In this document: positions 24,631-37,500 of the stretch, in pieces
Position numbering within the stretch: position 1 is the stretch's first letter
Layout of the letters: each line of letters begins with the position of its first letter
Program-made: the position numbers and the translations under genes
Notes under the pieces: model-generated
Told to the model about the DNA's origin: nothing
Databases searched by the model: none
The model's input: the letters and a program-made list of their open reading frames with translations, nothing else
Assembly (NCBI GenBank): GCA_024679065.1
Contig: JAGIQG010000012.1
Location: 87,110,001-87,174,000, forward strand
DNA from: Sphyrna mokarran
Taxonomy: Eukaryota
DNA: 64,000 bases
Direction of reading: 5' to 3'

Positions 24631-27500
24631 TCCCATGGGGAACCTTATCAACCGCTTTGCTAAAATCTACATACAGCACGTCAACTGCCTTACCCTTATC
24701 CACCTTTTTGGTCACTTTTTCAAAAAATTCGATATGGTTTGTGAGGCATGACCTTCCCTTCACAAATCCATGCTGACTATCCCTAATCAATTCATTTCTC
24801 TCTAGATGACTAGAAATCCTATCCCTTATAACTCTTTCCAAAACTTTCCCCACAGTGAGTAAGGCTCACTGGTCTATAATTTGCAAGATGGTCTCTACTC
24901 CCCTTCTTAAACAAGGGGACAACATTTGCCATCCTCCAGTTTTCCGGCACTACACCTGTAGCCAACAACGACATGAATATCAAAACCAAAGGCTCTGCAA
25001 TCTCCTCTCTAGTCTCCCAGAAAATCCTAGGATAAATCCCATCTGGCCCAGGGAACTTATCTATTTTGATACGCTCAAGAATAGCTAACACCTCCTCCTT
25101 ATGAACCTTTATCCCATCTACTCTACAACGCTGTATCCCAGTATTCTCCTCGACTACATTGACATTTTCCCACGTGAAGACTGATGAAAAATATTCATTC
25201 AGTGCCTCTCTAATCTCTTCAGGCTCCACGCACACTTCCCACTACTGTCTCTGACTGGCCCTAATCTTGCCCTAACCAGTCTTTTATTCTTAACATATCT
25301 ATAAAAAGCTTCAGGGTTCTTCTTTATCCTATCCGCCAAAGTCTTCTCATGTCCTCTTCTAGCTCTTCTTAACTCACACTTTAGCTCCCTGCTGGCTAAT
25401 TTATAACTCTCCAGTGCCCTAACCGAGCCTTCACGTCTCATCTTTATATAAGCCTCCTTTTTCCTCTTTATTAATGAACTAACTTCCTTAATACACCACA
25501 GTTCCCTGGCTCTACCACTTCCTCCCTTCCTGACAGGTAAATATTTATCAGGGACTCGCAGTAGCTGTTCCTTGAATAAGTTCCACATTTCAGATGTTCC
25601 CAGCCCCTGCAGTTTCCTACTCCACCCGATGTATCTTAAATCTTGCCTAATAGCCTCATAATTACCTTTTCCCTCAGCTGTAACTTCTTCCCTTTGGTAT
25701 ATGCCCATCCCTTTCCATCACTAAGGTAAACGTAACCAAATTGTGGTCACTATCACCAAAGTGCTTACTTACCTTCAAGTCTAACACCTGGTCTGGTTCA
25801 TTACCCAGAACCAAATTCAATGTAGCCTCACCTCTTGTTGGCCTATCTACATACTGAGTCATAAAACCCTCCTGCACACATTGTACAAAAACTGACCCCT
25901 CTAACGTGCTTGAGCTATAGCTTTTCCAATCAATATTTGCAAAGTTAAAGTCCTCCATAACAACTACCCTGTTACTTTCATTCTGCCCAGAATCATCCTT
26001 GCAATCCTTTTCTCCACATCCCTGGAACTTTTTGGAGGCCTATAAAAAACTCCTAACAGGGTGACCTCTCCTCTCCTGTTTCTAATCTCAGCCCAAACTA
26101 CCTCAATAGACAGGTCCACATCAAACGTCCTTTCTGCTACTGTAATACAGTCTTTGACTAACAATGCCACACCTCCCCCTCTTCTACCACCTACTCAGCT
26201 CCGACTGAAACATCTGCAACATCCATTCCTGTCCCTGCTCTATCCATGTCTCTGAAATGGCCACAACATCGAAGTCCCAGGCACCTATCCAGGCTGCGAG
26301 TCTGTCCACCTTATTGCGTATGTTCCTCTCATTGGAGTATACACACTTCAAACAACCCTCCCTCCTACCAGTAAATTACTGTGACTGACAAACCTTATCC
26401 ATGACCTCTCTATTCCCATTCTCCTGTACATTTGAACTATTCAGGTTCCTATCCTCCCTCTGAATCAGTTTAAACACCTCCTAATAGCATTGGCAAATTT
26501 TCCCCCCCAAGATATTAGTTCCCCTCTGGTTCAGGTGCAGACCATCCCTCTTATAGAGGTCCCACCTACCCCAAAATGAACCCCAATTGTCCAAGTATCT
26601 GAACTGTCCCTCCTGCACCATCCCTTCAGCCACAAGTTCAAATGCTCTCTCTCTTCTCCATGCTATCCCGCAACATAGGTAACAAACCAGAATAACAACT
26701 CTGTTTGTTTTAGCCCTCGGCTTCCACATCAATTCCCTGAATTTCTGTTTTATATTCCCGTCCCTTTTCCTACCTATGTTATGGGTACCTACATGAACCA
26801 TGACTTGAGGCTGATCCCCCTCCCCCTTAAGGATCTCGAACACTCGATCAGAGACATCACGGACCCTGGCACCTGTGAGGCAACATCCCAACCGTGAGTC
26901 TCGTTCATTCCCACAGACTCTCCTATCTATCCCCTTAACTATCGAATCCCCAGTGACTAATCCAGATCTTTTCTTCCCACTTCCCACCTGACCATCAGGG
27001 ACAGGCTCTCCTCCTGAGGCCTGTACCCCATGACTTACTCTGGATGAGCGTTCCTCCTCAACAGCATCCAAAACGGAGTACCTATTTTGGAGAGGAACAG
27101 CCTCGGGGGATCACCGCTCTGACTGCTTCTTACCCCTTTTTCTCGCAGTCACCCACATATCGCTTTTAGGGGTAAATATCTCCCTGTAACTTTTGTCAAT
27201 AGCAGCCTCTGCTTCTGGAATTATCCTTAATTCCTCCAGTTCCAGCTCCAGGTCCCTAACACGGTCCTCAAGGAGCTGTAAATGGATACACTTCTTGCAG
27301 GTGTAATCAGCAGGGACACTACCTCAAACATCCCACAGGAGGTACAATGCACTGCCTGCTCTGCCATCCCTATTACTTCCCTTACCAAAAAAAAGAATAA
27401 AAAACTTACCAGCTCTCACCGAGACACTCTTTTTTTTAGGTTAGAGGAGGGAGGAGGGTGGGATACTCTACACGTGTAGAGTATCGGGTTTCCTGTCTGT
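24631..27500 (-). mobile_element. Second CR1 LINE, 5' part (5' UTR, ORF1 Cys-motif/leucine zipper/SGNH esterase, endonuclease, RT N-terminus), 3'-truncated
   Basis: HCTSC, KCIHLQLLEDRVRDLELELEEL, GDSIV..HVGT..DGLHLN; ends at DFSKAVDKVPHG. Confidence 0.9.
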
Positions 27501-28411
27501 TCCAATTTATGGGGGCCCAGAAAGAGAAATAAAACAACACTGACCTCCATATGACAACTTCCTGTATCTGGTTTAAGATTTTTTTTAAAAAACTAAGGCC
27601 GTTAGTTAATAAAAAAACATAAAAACCCAGTAGCTTACCCACCAAACTGTCTTCTTGCAAATCGCTGCCTCTCTGGTCTGCTCTCAAGGAATGATGAAGT
27701 GGATTCTCCGAGGTGAGACCCTTTACAATATGTAAAAAAAACTACACTGACCTCCATATGACTACTTCCTGTATCCAAAAGAGAAAGTGGGGAAGCTTGG
27801 GAAAAGTGAGAGAGATGGGGAAGAATCAGAGTCTAGGCGGGAAGAGAGGGAATTTTGGGAAGAGTGAGGGAGATAGGGAAGAATGAGAGGGATAAGAAAG
27901 AGTAAGGGAGATTGAGAAGAATGAGAGTCTGAAGGGATGGGGTGCGAGGGAGTTTTGGGAAGAGTGAGGGAGGTGGGACAACAGTGAGGATTTTGGGGAA
28001 AGAGCTTCCTAACTCTTCAACTGGAGAACAGAAATTACAGAGATTGACACTCACTCTATCATCTGTGTGTCCTCCTGGACTGTGAAACCATTCTCACCTG
28101 TCACAGGTCACGTACTTTCCATGTCTATTTGGTTTAGGGATAATACTCAAGCCATTGCATTAACAAACCATTTAATGAACTGATTTGAAACCACTCTTGA
28201 TCTTGACCATTTTTTGGGAATTGACTGCACAGTCTAAAGCTTACACAGTGCCTGTGGATCTTAACCAGAGTTAGAGTCATTGCGGGATTTTACAGCTCCA
28301 TCATCCTGAAACATAACATCCCAGCCAAGGTTAACGACCTTCCCATTGTCTGTCCCTCGCCCTCCCCGATTCTGTGTTGGACGGGATGGTACAATTCCAA
28401 CCACTGTATTC

Positions 28412-28960
28412 AATAGAACAAGGAACAACACAGTATTGGAAACAGGCCCTTTGGCCCAACAAGCCCGCATCGCCATTTTAACATACAGTGAACATCTCAT
28501 TCCAATCCTTCTTCTACCTATGATTTTTCCTACGCCTCTAGGATTCCACAATAAAGGTATGCAAATGTGTGGCCGATTGAGGGAGGTCTAATTTAGGGAT
28601 GATTTGTTAACATCAATCAGCCTAAAAGCATGTTTTTGGGATGTGGGAGGAAACCGGAGCACCCGAAGAAAACCCACACAAGCACGGGGAGAATGTGCAA
28701 ACTCCCACAGATACCGACCCAAGTCAGAGATCCGACCCAGGTCCATGTACACAGTCACTGGATAGTCACAGTGATAGTCACTGAGCTGTGTTGCCCATCA
28801 GTTGGTCCAGTTTAAGCGTACACTAACGACGTGAAGCACTAGGCAACTCTCAAAGCAACATCCAAGAGCAGCCCTCACACAACCCATCACGATTACACCC
28901 CTTGTTGGCCAACAAGGCGGACCAAATGTCCTGTGGATGTAAAAAAATGTCATCAATAAA
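28412..28960 (-). mobile_element. Composite V-SINE with long 5' extension, copy 3
   Basis: Shares GCGTACACTAACGA.GTGAAGCACTAGG and the V core with copies 1 and 2. Confidence 0.78.
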
Positions 28961-29094
28961 GATACACAGCTTATACTGACATTCACAGAAGATTCCCAGA
29001 AGGTCAAACTTAAGATAGGTGAGCCATAAAATATGTTGGACAGCCCATAGGAATCTATTGATTCCCAGGAATGTCCTGAGGTTTTTGATCCTTA

Positions 29095-31205
29095 TTTAGA
29101 ACAGTCTTTTGTATCCCTCTATCTGTAGTCTGCTCATGTACCTATCTAGGTAAGCCTTAAACAACTCTAGCACGCCTGCCTCCACCACCCTACTTGGCAG
29201 TATATTCCAGGCCCCCATAACCCTTTGTGTGAAAAACCTCCTTCTAATATCTGAATTATACCTCTGTGTTGAAAGCTCGCTTTTTTACTATCAAATAAAT
29301 CGGTTGGATTAATAATTGGTGTTGCTAAATTCTTACTGAGTTCCTCTCACCCTAAGCCCATGGCCCCTCGTGATTTTTGTATCCAACCAGGAAAAAAGCT
29401 TCCCACTGTTCACTCTATCTATACCTTTCATAGTCTTATATATCTCTATTAGATTTCCCCTCATTCTCCATATTTCCAGGGAGAACAGCCCCAGTTTGCT
29501 CAATCTCTCCTCATAGCTAAGACCTTCCATACCAGGCAGCATCTTGGTAAATCTCCTCTGCACATTCTTAAGGGTCTCCATGTCTTTCCGGTAGTAAGGC
29601 GACCAGAACTGGATGCAGTATTTCAAATGAGGTCTAACCAATGTTCTATACAACTGCAACATTAGACGCCAGCTTTTATACTCTATACTCCTTCCTATAC
29701 AGGCAAGCATACCATAAGCCTTCTTCGTCATCTTCTCCACCTGTACCAACATCTTCAAGGACTTGTGCACTTGCACATTTAGGTCCGTCTGCGTTTCTAT
29801 ACTCTTAATGGTCCTACCATTTATTGTATAACTCCCCGCTACATTATTTCTTCCAAAATGTATCACCTCGCATTTATCTGGATTAAATTCCATCTGCCAT
29901 TTCACTGCCCAATTTACCAGACTACCTATATCCTGTTGCATTGTCTGACAATGCTCCTCACTATCCGCAAGTCCAGCCATCTTCGTGTCATCTGCAAACT
30001 TGCTGATCACACCACTTACTCCCTCTTCCAAATCATTTATATATATTACAAATAGCAAAAGTCCCAGCACTGAACCCTGCGGCACACCACTAGTGACTGA
30101 CCTCCAGCTAGAAAAAGACGCTTTCATTACTACCCTCTGTCTCCTGTTACCAAGCCAGTTCTCAATCCATCTAGCCTCTGTCCTTGTATCCCACGAGCCT
30201 TAACCTTTTTCATCAACCTACCATGAGGGACTTTGTCAAACGCTTTACTGAAATCCATGTAGACGACATCCACAGCTTGTCCTTCTTCAACTGTTTTTAT
30301 CACCTCCTCAAAAAATTCTATAGATTCATAAGGCATGACCTCCCCTTTACAAATCCATGTTGCCTGTCACTAATCAGCTTGCTGTGTTCTAAATATGTAT
30401 ACGGCCTATCTCTAAGAATCCTCCCCAACAATTTCCCTATCACTGACGTTAAACTCACCGGCCTATAATTTCCAGCGTTATCCTTATTAACGTTTTTAAA
30501 CAACAGTACTATATTCACTATTCTCCAGTCCTCTGGAACCTCACCTATGTCCAAAAAGGAGACAAAGATTTGCATCAGAGGCCCAGCAATTTCATCTCTC
30601 GTCTCCCGAAGCAGCCTGGGATAAATGCCATCAGGCCCTGGAGATTTATCGGTTTTAATATTACCTAAAAACTCTAACATTTCCTCCCTCATAATGGATA
30701 TTTTCTCCAACGGGTCCATAATTCTCTCCAAGACACTTCTAGACAACAAGTCCCTCTCCTTCGTGAATACTAACGCAAAGAATTCATTCAGGATCTCCCC
30801 CACTCCCTCGGGTTGTAAACATAGTTCCCCTCCTCTGTCACTAAGAGGACCGATTCTTTTCTCTAACCACTCTTTTGTTCCTAACTTATGAGTAAAATGC
30901 CTTTGGATTTTCCTTAATCATGTCTGCCAAGACCATTTCGTGACCCCTTTTCGCCCTTCTAATTCCTCGTTTGAGTTCTCTCCTACTCTTTCTGTATTCT
31001 TTCAAAGATCTCTCCATTCCCAGTTCCTTGGATCTAACATATGCTCTCTTTCCTTCCTAATCAAGTCCCCAATATTCCTAGTTATCCACGGATCTCTAAT
31101 CCTCCCTTTTCCATCCTTCCTCTTAACAGGCACATGTCTGTCCTGCCACCTTATCAGTTATCTCTTAAAAGACTCCCACATGTCAGGCGTGGACTTACCC
31201 TTAAC
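29095..31205 (-). mobile_element. CR1 LINE ORF2 (5'-truncated, degenerate) with Penelope-end insertion at ~29266-29342
   Basis: RT motifs in ORFs 29333-30803. Confidence 0.9.
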
Positions 31206-31299
31206 CTCTCCGAATCTGACCCGGCTGTAACTCACCTTCCCCCTATTTAGCACCCTCCCCTTCGGAAGAGACATTGAAGGTGATTGGTGCAGAAGGGTC

Positions 31300-31462
31300 T
31301 GTGCACTTCTTTCCTGATTTGTGTATTTCTTCCTCTTTCTGTGGTTATATTTCAGTCCCATGAACTGCAATAAATTCAGCCACATTTGCAATACCAGTGG
31401 TTTTATATACACTCGGTATGATAGAACACAAAGTTAGTCTTTGAAGAATAAGTTGGTTTAAA
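31300..31462 (+). promoter_or_regulatory. Putative proximal promoter with adjacent ETS/PU.1-like and RUNX sites
   Basis: CTTCCTCTTT (AAAGAGGAAG on minus) 31329-31338 next to TGTGGTT 31340-31346; TTTATATA near 31402; ~120 bp upstream of the ATG. Confidence 0.4.
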
Positions 31463-31508
31463 ATGTTTCAGCCATTTCTTTTAGTCCTGACCCTGGTCTT
31501 CATAACGG
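31463..31508 (+). CDS. Exon 1, signal peptide [15 protein letters not shown](G)
   Basis: AAAATG start, hydrophobic 15-mer, phase-1 donor G|GTAAGT; typical IgSF leader exon. Confidence 0.8.
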
Positions 31509-34500
31509 GTAAGTAAAAAGCCAGAGTTGACTTTGGTTTTGAGTGCTTTGGGGTTTTGTTTTTGGATTCTGAGTGGGTGATGTGTATTTTGTGGTCACGT
31601 TCCTGTTTAAGCATTGTGATACTTCAGGCTTTCTCGTGGTTCAATGGGAAAATTCAGTGTCAGATCTTACACTGAGACATCCAGCCCAGTTCACTGCACG
31701 TGTGAGAATACTGCCCTGTAGAGACTAATCAACTGCCTGTCAAGGTAACCGGCACTTTGTTCAGACTGTGGGAGTAAATGGGAGTGCCTGGAGGAAACCC
31801 ATGCAGACACGGGGAGAACATGCAGATTCCGCACAGACAGTGACCCAAGCCATAATTCAAACCCGGGTCTCTGGTGCTGCAAGGCAGCAATGTTAACCAC
31901 TGTGTCACCGTGCCGCTGGGATTGAACCCGGGTCCCTGGCACTGTGAGGCAGCAGTGTTAACCACTGTGTCACCGTACTGTCCCGTTATGAGAGTTTATT
32001 AAATGATAATGTTGCACCTTTTAGAAAAATCAAATTGGATTTAAAATATGTAAAGACAATGTTAGTGGAGTAAGTAAATGGGATTTACAATTGATAAATC
32101 TCCAGGACTTGATGGTTTCCATGTCAAAATATTAAAAGGTCAGGTGAGGATATTGTAAATGTGATTTTCCAAACACTAGAGAATCAGAAATTGCAGCTGA
32201 AGTTCTTCAACCTCACCTTCAGCTGGCATTCTCCGACCTCACCCGCGGCTGGGATTCTCCGGCCTCGCCCGCGGCTGGGATTCTCCGGTTTTGCACTGTA
32301 GCTGGGATTCTCCGGTTTCGCACTGCGGCTGGAATTCTCCGGCCTCGCCCGCGGCTGGGATTCTCCGGTTTTGCACTGTAGCTGGGATTCTCCGGTTTCG
32401 CACTGCGGCTGGAATTCTCCGGCCTCGCCCGCGGCTGGGATTCTCCGGTTTTGCACTGTAGCTGGGATTCTCCGGTTTCGCACTGCGGCTGGGATTCTCC
32501 GACCTCGCCTGCGGCTGGGATTCTCCAGTCCCGTCGCAGTGAGCGTCAAATTGGCTCCACGACAAATTCTCTGCTCCCACTGGCAGCAGTGGCGGGATGA
32601 GAATGGCCGGAGAATTCCAGCTTGAGTCTTTGCTCTAGAGAATAAGGAATGTCGCTCTGTATTCTCGGGAAGGTTGGTGACAAAAGCTAAAGTTACTGAT
32701 GTATGAGCTTAATATTGATTCTGGGAGCTTTGGACCCATTCTTTGTTTTAGACAGAGTTATTGAGCAATTGAACGTGTGTGAGCTAATTGGAGAGTCAGT
32801 ATTGGTCTGTACAGGACTGGCCTTGTCTATTAAAGGTAGTTTTTAGGGTGGTCATTATCATTTCACTTCACCCAAAGAAAGCTTCATGGGCAGATAATGA
32901 ACATTCACTGCTCATCCCTGACTCTGACATTAACCTTTTGTCAATAAAATAAAAATTAGGCTTATTTAACCCAGCATCATTAGTACGTCCAAGAGCTCCA
33001 ACACACGGTCTAGTTACTGCCTGTGATCCAGTACTTGATAAAATTGCTCATTTTTGCTTCTGCTTTTTACCTGTCCAAAGGATTCAGTGGTGGCTGATAT
33101 TTAACTCAATAATTCAGCAATGGAAACAACTTCAAACTTATCAAACTTTCCTCATTGCCTCTGTTTCCTGAAGATTTTGTCTTTCACAATCGGTATTTCC
33201 CTAATCTGTTCAATACAACAATTCAGCAGCCAGGGCATGGAACTCTTTAGTAACGGGAATTTGCAAAACAGAAGAAGAGTGAATTACAGTAATTAACCAC
33301 ATTGCACTATTTTGCAAACATTCTGCTTCCTCTTTAGAGTTCAGAGTGTCAGTGGCAGAGTCCAGATCAGAAGAAGTTGGGTGTGGGACTGGAAGTCCAG
33401 TGAAGCAGGTTTCACAATTTCACATTACTCACTGATTACTAACCCTGCCCTTCCCCCCCCCCCCCCCCCCCCGCCAGAGTTAGCAGCTGGATAATGGGCA
33501 TGCTGGAAATGGCAACGTCACTGAGAGACACAGCCCCAACACTGAGACACACAGTCCCAACACTGAGATACACAGTCCCAACACTGAGATACACAATTCC
33601 AACACTGAGACACACAGTTCCAACACTGAGAGATACTGTCCCAACACTGAGATACACTGTCCCAACACTGAGACACAGTCCCAACACTGTGACACACAGC
33701 CCCACTGAGATACACTGTCCCAACACTGAGACACAGTCCCAACACTGAGACACACAGTCCCAACACTGAGACACACAGCCCCAACACTGAGATACACAGT
33801 CCCAACACTGAGACGCACAGTCCAACACTGAGAGATACTGTTCCAACACTGAGATACACTGTTCCAACACTGAGAAACACTGTCCCAACGCTGTGACACA
33901 CAGCCCCAACACTGAGATACACTGTCCCAACACTGAGACACAGTCCCAACACTGAGACACACAGTCCCAACACTGAGACACAGTCCCAACACTGAGACAC
34001 ACAGTCCTAACACTGAGACACACTGCCCCAATACTGAGACACACAGTCCCAACACTGAGACACACAGCCCCAACACTGAGACACACAGTCCCAACACTGA
34101 GACACACAGTTCCAACACTGAGAGATACTGTCCCAACACTGAGATACACTGTCCCAACACTGAGACACAGTCCCAACACTGTGACACACAGCCCCACTGA
34201 GATACACTGTCCCAACACTGAGACACAGTCCCAACACTGAGACACACAGTCCCAACACTGAGACACACAGCCCCAACACTGAGATACACAGTCCCAACAC
34301 TGAGACGCACAGTCCAACACTGAGAGATACTGTTCCAACACTGAGATACACTGTTCCAACACCGAGAAACACTGTCCCAACGCTGTGACACATAGCCCCA
34401 ACACTGAGATACACTGTCCCAACACTGAGACACAGTCCCAACACTGAGACACACAGTCCCAACACTGAGACACAGTCCCAACACTGAGACACACAGTCCT

Positions 34501-37500
34501 AACACTGAGACACACTGTCCCAACACTGTGACACACTGTCCCAACACTGAGGCACACAGTCCCAACACTGAGAACACAGTCCCAACACTGAGACACACAG
34601 TCCCAACACTGAGACACACTGTCCCAACACTGTGACACACTGTCCCAACACTGAGGCACACAGTCCCAACACTGAGATACACAGTCCCAACACTAAAACA
34701 CACAGCCCCAACACTAAGACACACAGTCCCAACACTGAGACACACAGTCCTAACACTGAGACACACAGTCCTAACACTGAGATACACTGTCCCAACACTG
34801 AGACACACAGTCTTAACACTGAGGCACACAGTCCAAACGTGTGCTAAAGATAGAAATCCCAATCATGTTTTCTTGGAAACACTTTTGAGGAGCTGTGACT
34901 TAAAGATAATGGTATTATTGCTTGTCTGTTAATCCAGAAACTGAGCCAATGTTCTGGGGACCTGGGTTCGAACCCTGCCATGGCAGACGGTGGAATTTTG
35001 TATTCAATTAAAAAAAATCTGGAATTAAGAATCTATTGATGACCATGAAACCATTTGTCGGAAAAACCCATCTGGATCACTAATACCCCTTTAGGGAAGG
35101 AAATCCGCCAGCCTTACGCGGTCTGGCCTGCATATGTCTCCAGAATCACAGTAATGTGGTAGACTCTCAACTGCCCTGTGAAATGATGGAGTGAGATGCT
35201 CCGTTCAAGGGTAACAAGACATGTGTTGGGCTTACCAGCCCAAGTCTAATGGAAAGGTGTTTTAAAGACTCTCGGGGCCTCAGTGGTAGATTTATATCTC
35301 TACCAGGACCTGAGGACTAAAGCCTCATTAGCATATTATTCAGACAATTTCAAATGCTAATGAAGGTGAATTAGATGTTTGATGGATGGTTGCAACCAAG
35401 TTGTCTGTTGCGGAGTTAACTTTCCCTCTGTGAGTTTGCTACAGAATGTCAGCTCGATTTGAGGAGGAAGGTTCAGTGAATGAAGAGGAAGAATGTTATT
35501 TTCATCAGCCAAAACTAAACCTTAAAAACCCAGCTGTGCTTGGAGCCAGGGTGAGGAGAGAATATCTGAACTAGTTTCTGAATCCGGTGTTTAGAAACAA
35601 AACTCATCTGGACAAAGTGTTCACTGATGACATGAAAGAATAAAAGAATGGAGTCAGAGCAGAAAGCTCGGATCCAGAGAATGATACGTTTCAACAAGAG
35701 CTGGGTGTCCATAGTGCTACTACAAGACAAATACTCCTCAGTGACATCTGGGAGCTTGTGCCAAAATTGGGAAAACGGTCCCACAAACTTGTCAAGAAAC
35801 AACCTGACATTGTTACATTAACAGAATGTCCCAGACACCACCATCACCCTTCCTGGGTGCATCCTGTCCCATTGGCAGGACAGACCCAGCAGAGGTGGTG
35901 GCACAGTGGTTAGTATTGCTGCCTCACAGTGCTAGGGATTCGGGTTCAACTCTCAGCTTGGGTCAGTGTGTGAAATTTGCATGTTCGCAATGGGATACAG
36001 TTGGGAGGGAATTGCCCTGGGTGTTCTCATGGGCAAGGAAACGTCCTGCTGATTATCACGTACCATCACCCCCTCAGCTGATGAGTCAGTACGTCTCTGT
36101 GTTGAACACTATTTGGAGGAAGCACTGAGGGTGGCAAGGGTACAAAATGTACTCTGGGTGGGGGATCTCAATGTCCTTCACTGAGAGTGGCTCAGCAGTA
36201 GCATTGCAGAACGAACCAGAAGGATTCCAAATGACATTGCTGTTAGACTGGGACAGTAACAGGTGGTGAAATTTAAACTTTGGAAATCATTCCTATGCTA
36301 ATACTGATCTCCTTCAGCTCTTTCTCTCTGTCTTCCCCAGCTGTGTGTAAGTGTTTGGTTTGCCAGCACCCTGAGGGATTGTTGATCACTCCAGTGCAAT
36401 GCAAAAGATAAATTCTAATGGAGGATTCTCAACTTGAAAGATTTTGTGCGATATGAATCTGGCTCAGGATTCAGCCACTCGTCCCCTCGGTCCTGCTGTG
36501 TTATCCATGGTTGATCTGATTGTAACTGTTTCTCTGTGTTCCGAGAGTGCTGAGTATTCCAGCATTGTCTGTTTCCTTTACTTCAGATTTTCAAACATGC
36601 GGTATTTTGCCTGGGTTTTATTTTAGCTAGGTTACAAATTAGTGAAGATAATGCACAGTCATGCATTCATCAATGTACAGATTTTATAACCTGCTTTCAA
36701 ATTAGACTTTATACTTTCTCACTCCCAGAAGGATGTTGAGACATTGGAAAAGGTGCAGATGATTTTTACCAGGATGGTGTCTGGTCGATGGACGATGAAA
36801 AAAGGTTGAACAAAGTTGGATTGTTTTCATTGGAGAATCGGAGGATGAGGGGAGTCCTGATAAAAGTTTACAAGATTATGACAGGTGTGGACGGAGTGGA
36901 TAGTTAGAGTTTTTCCTCAGGGTTGAAGGGTCAAATCCTCAGGGGACATAGATTAAGAGTGAGAGGGGGCAAGTTTAAAAGAGATGTAAGGGGCAAGTTT
37001 TTCACTCAGAGGGTGGTGAGTGTCTGGAACGCGCTGCCGGAGGAGGTGGTGGAAACAGATTCTATAACAATGTTCAAGAGGTACCTGGATAGTTACATGA
37101 ATAGGCAGGGAATAGAGGAATATGGACCACACAAAGGCAAGAAAATATTAAATTAGAGAGGCATCTGTGTCAGCACAGTCTTGGTGGGCCGAAGGGCCTG
37201 TTCCTGCGCTGTACTGTTCTTTGTCCTTTCTGATCTGTTCCAATCTTCAATTATTTTCTCTTTACAGGTCACGAGGCAAAGACAATTCTTGTCCAAACAC
37301 CTGGGGTTGTGAAAGTGCGTGAGGGTGAAGCGGTGAAGTTTTGGTGTAATTTGCAGAGCAGCAACATAAACAACAAAGTGGAGAAATTTGATGTACACTG
37401 GTACCATCCACAAAATAAGAAAAAAATATTACTGAGTCATTATATAAATGGCAAAGTTTACCGCTCAGAAGGATTCTCAGAGCGATTTCAGCTTTTCAGA

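Noticed and set aside
33439-34862. Cys/Val-rich ORFs of 406-460 aa
   Set aside because: Minisatellite translation artefacts
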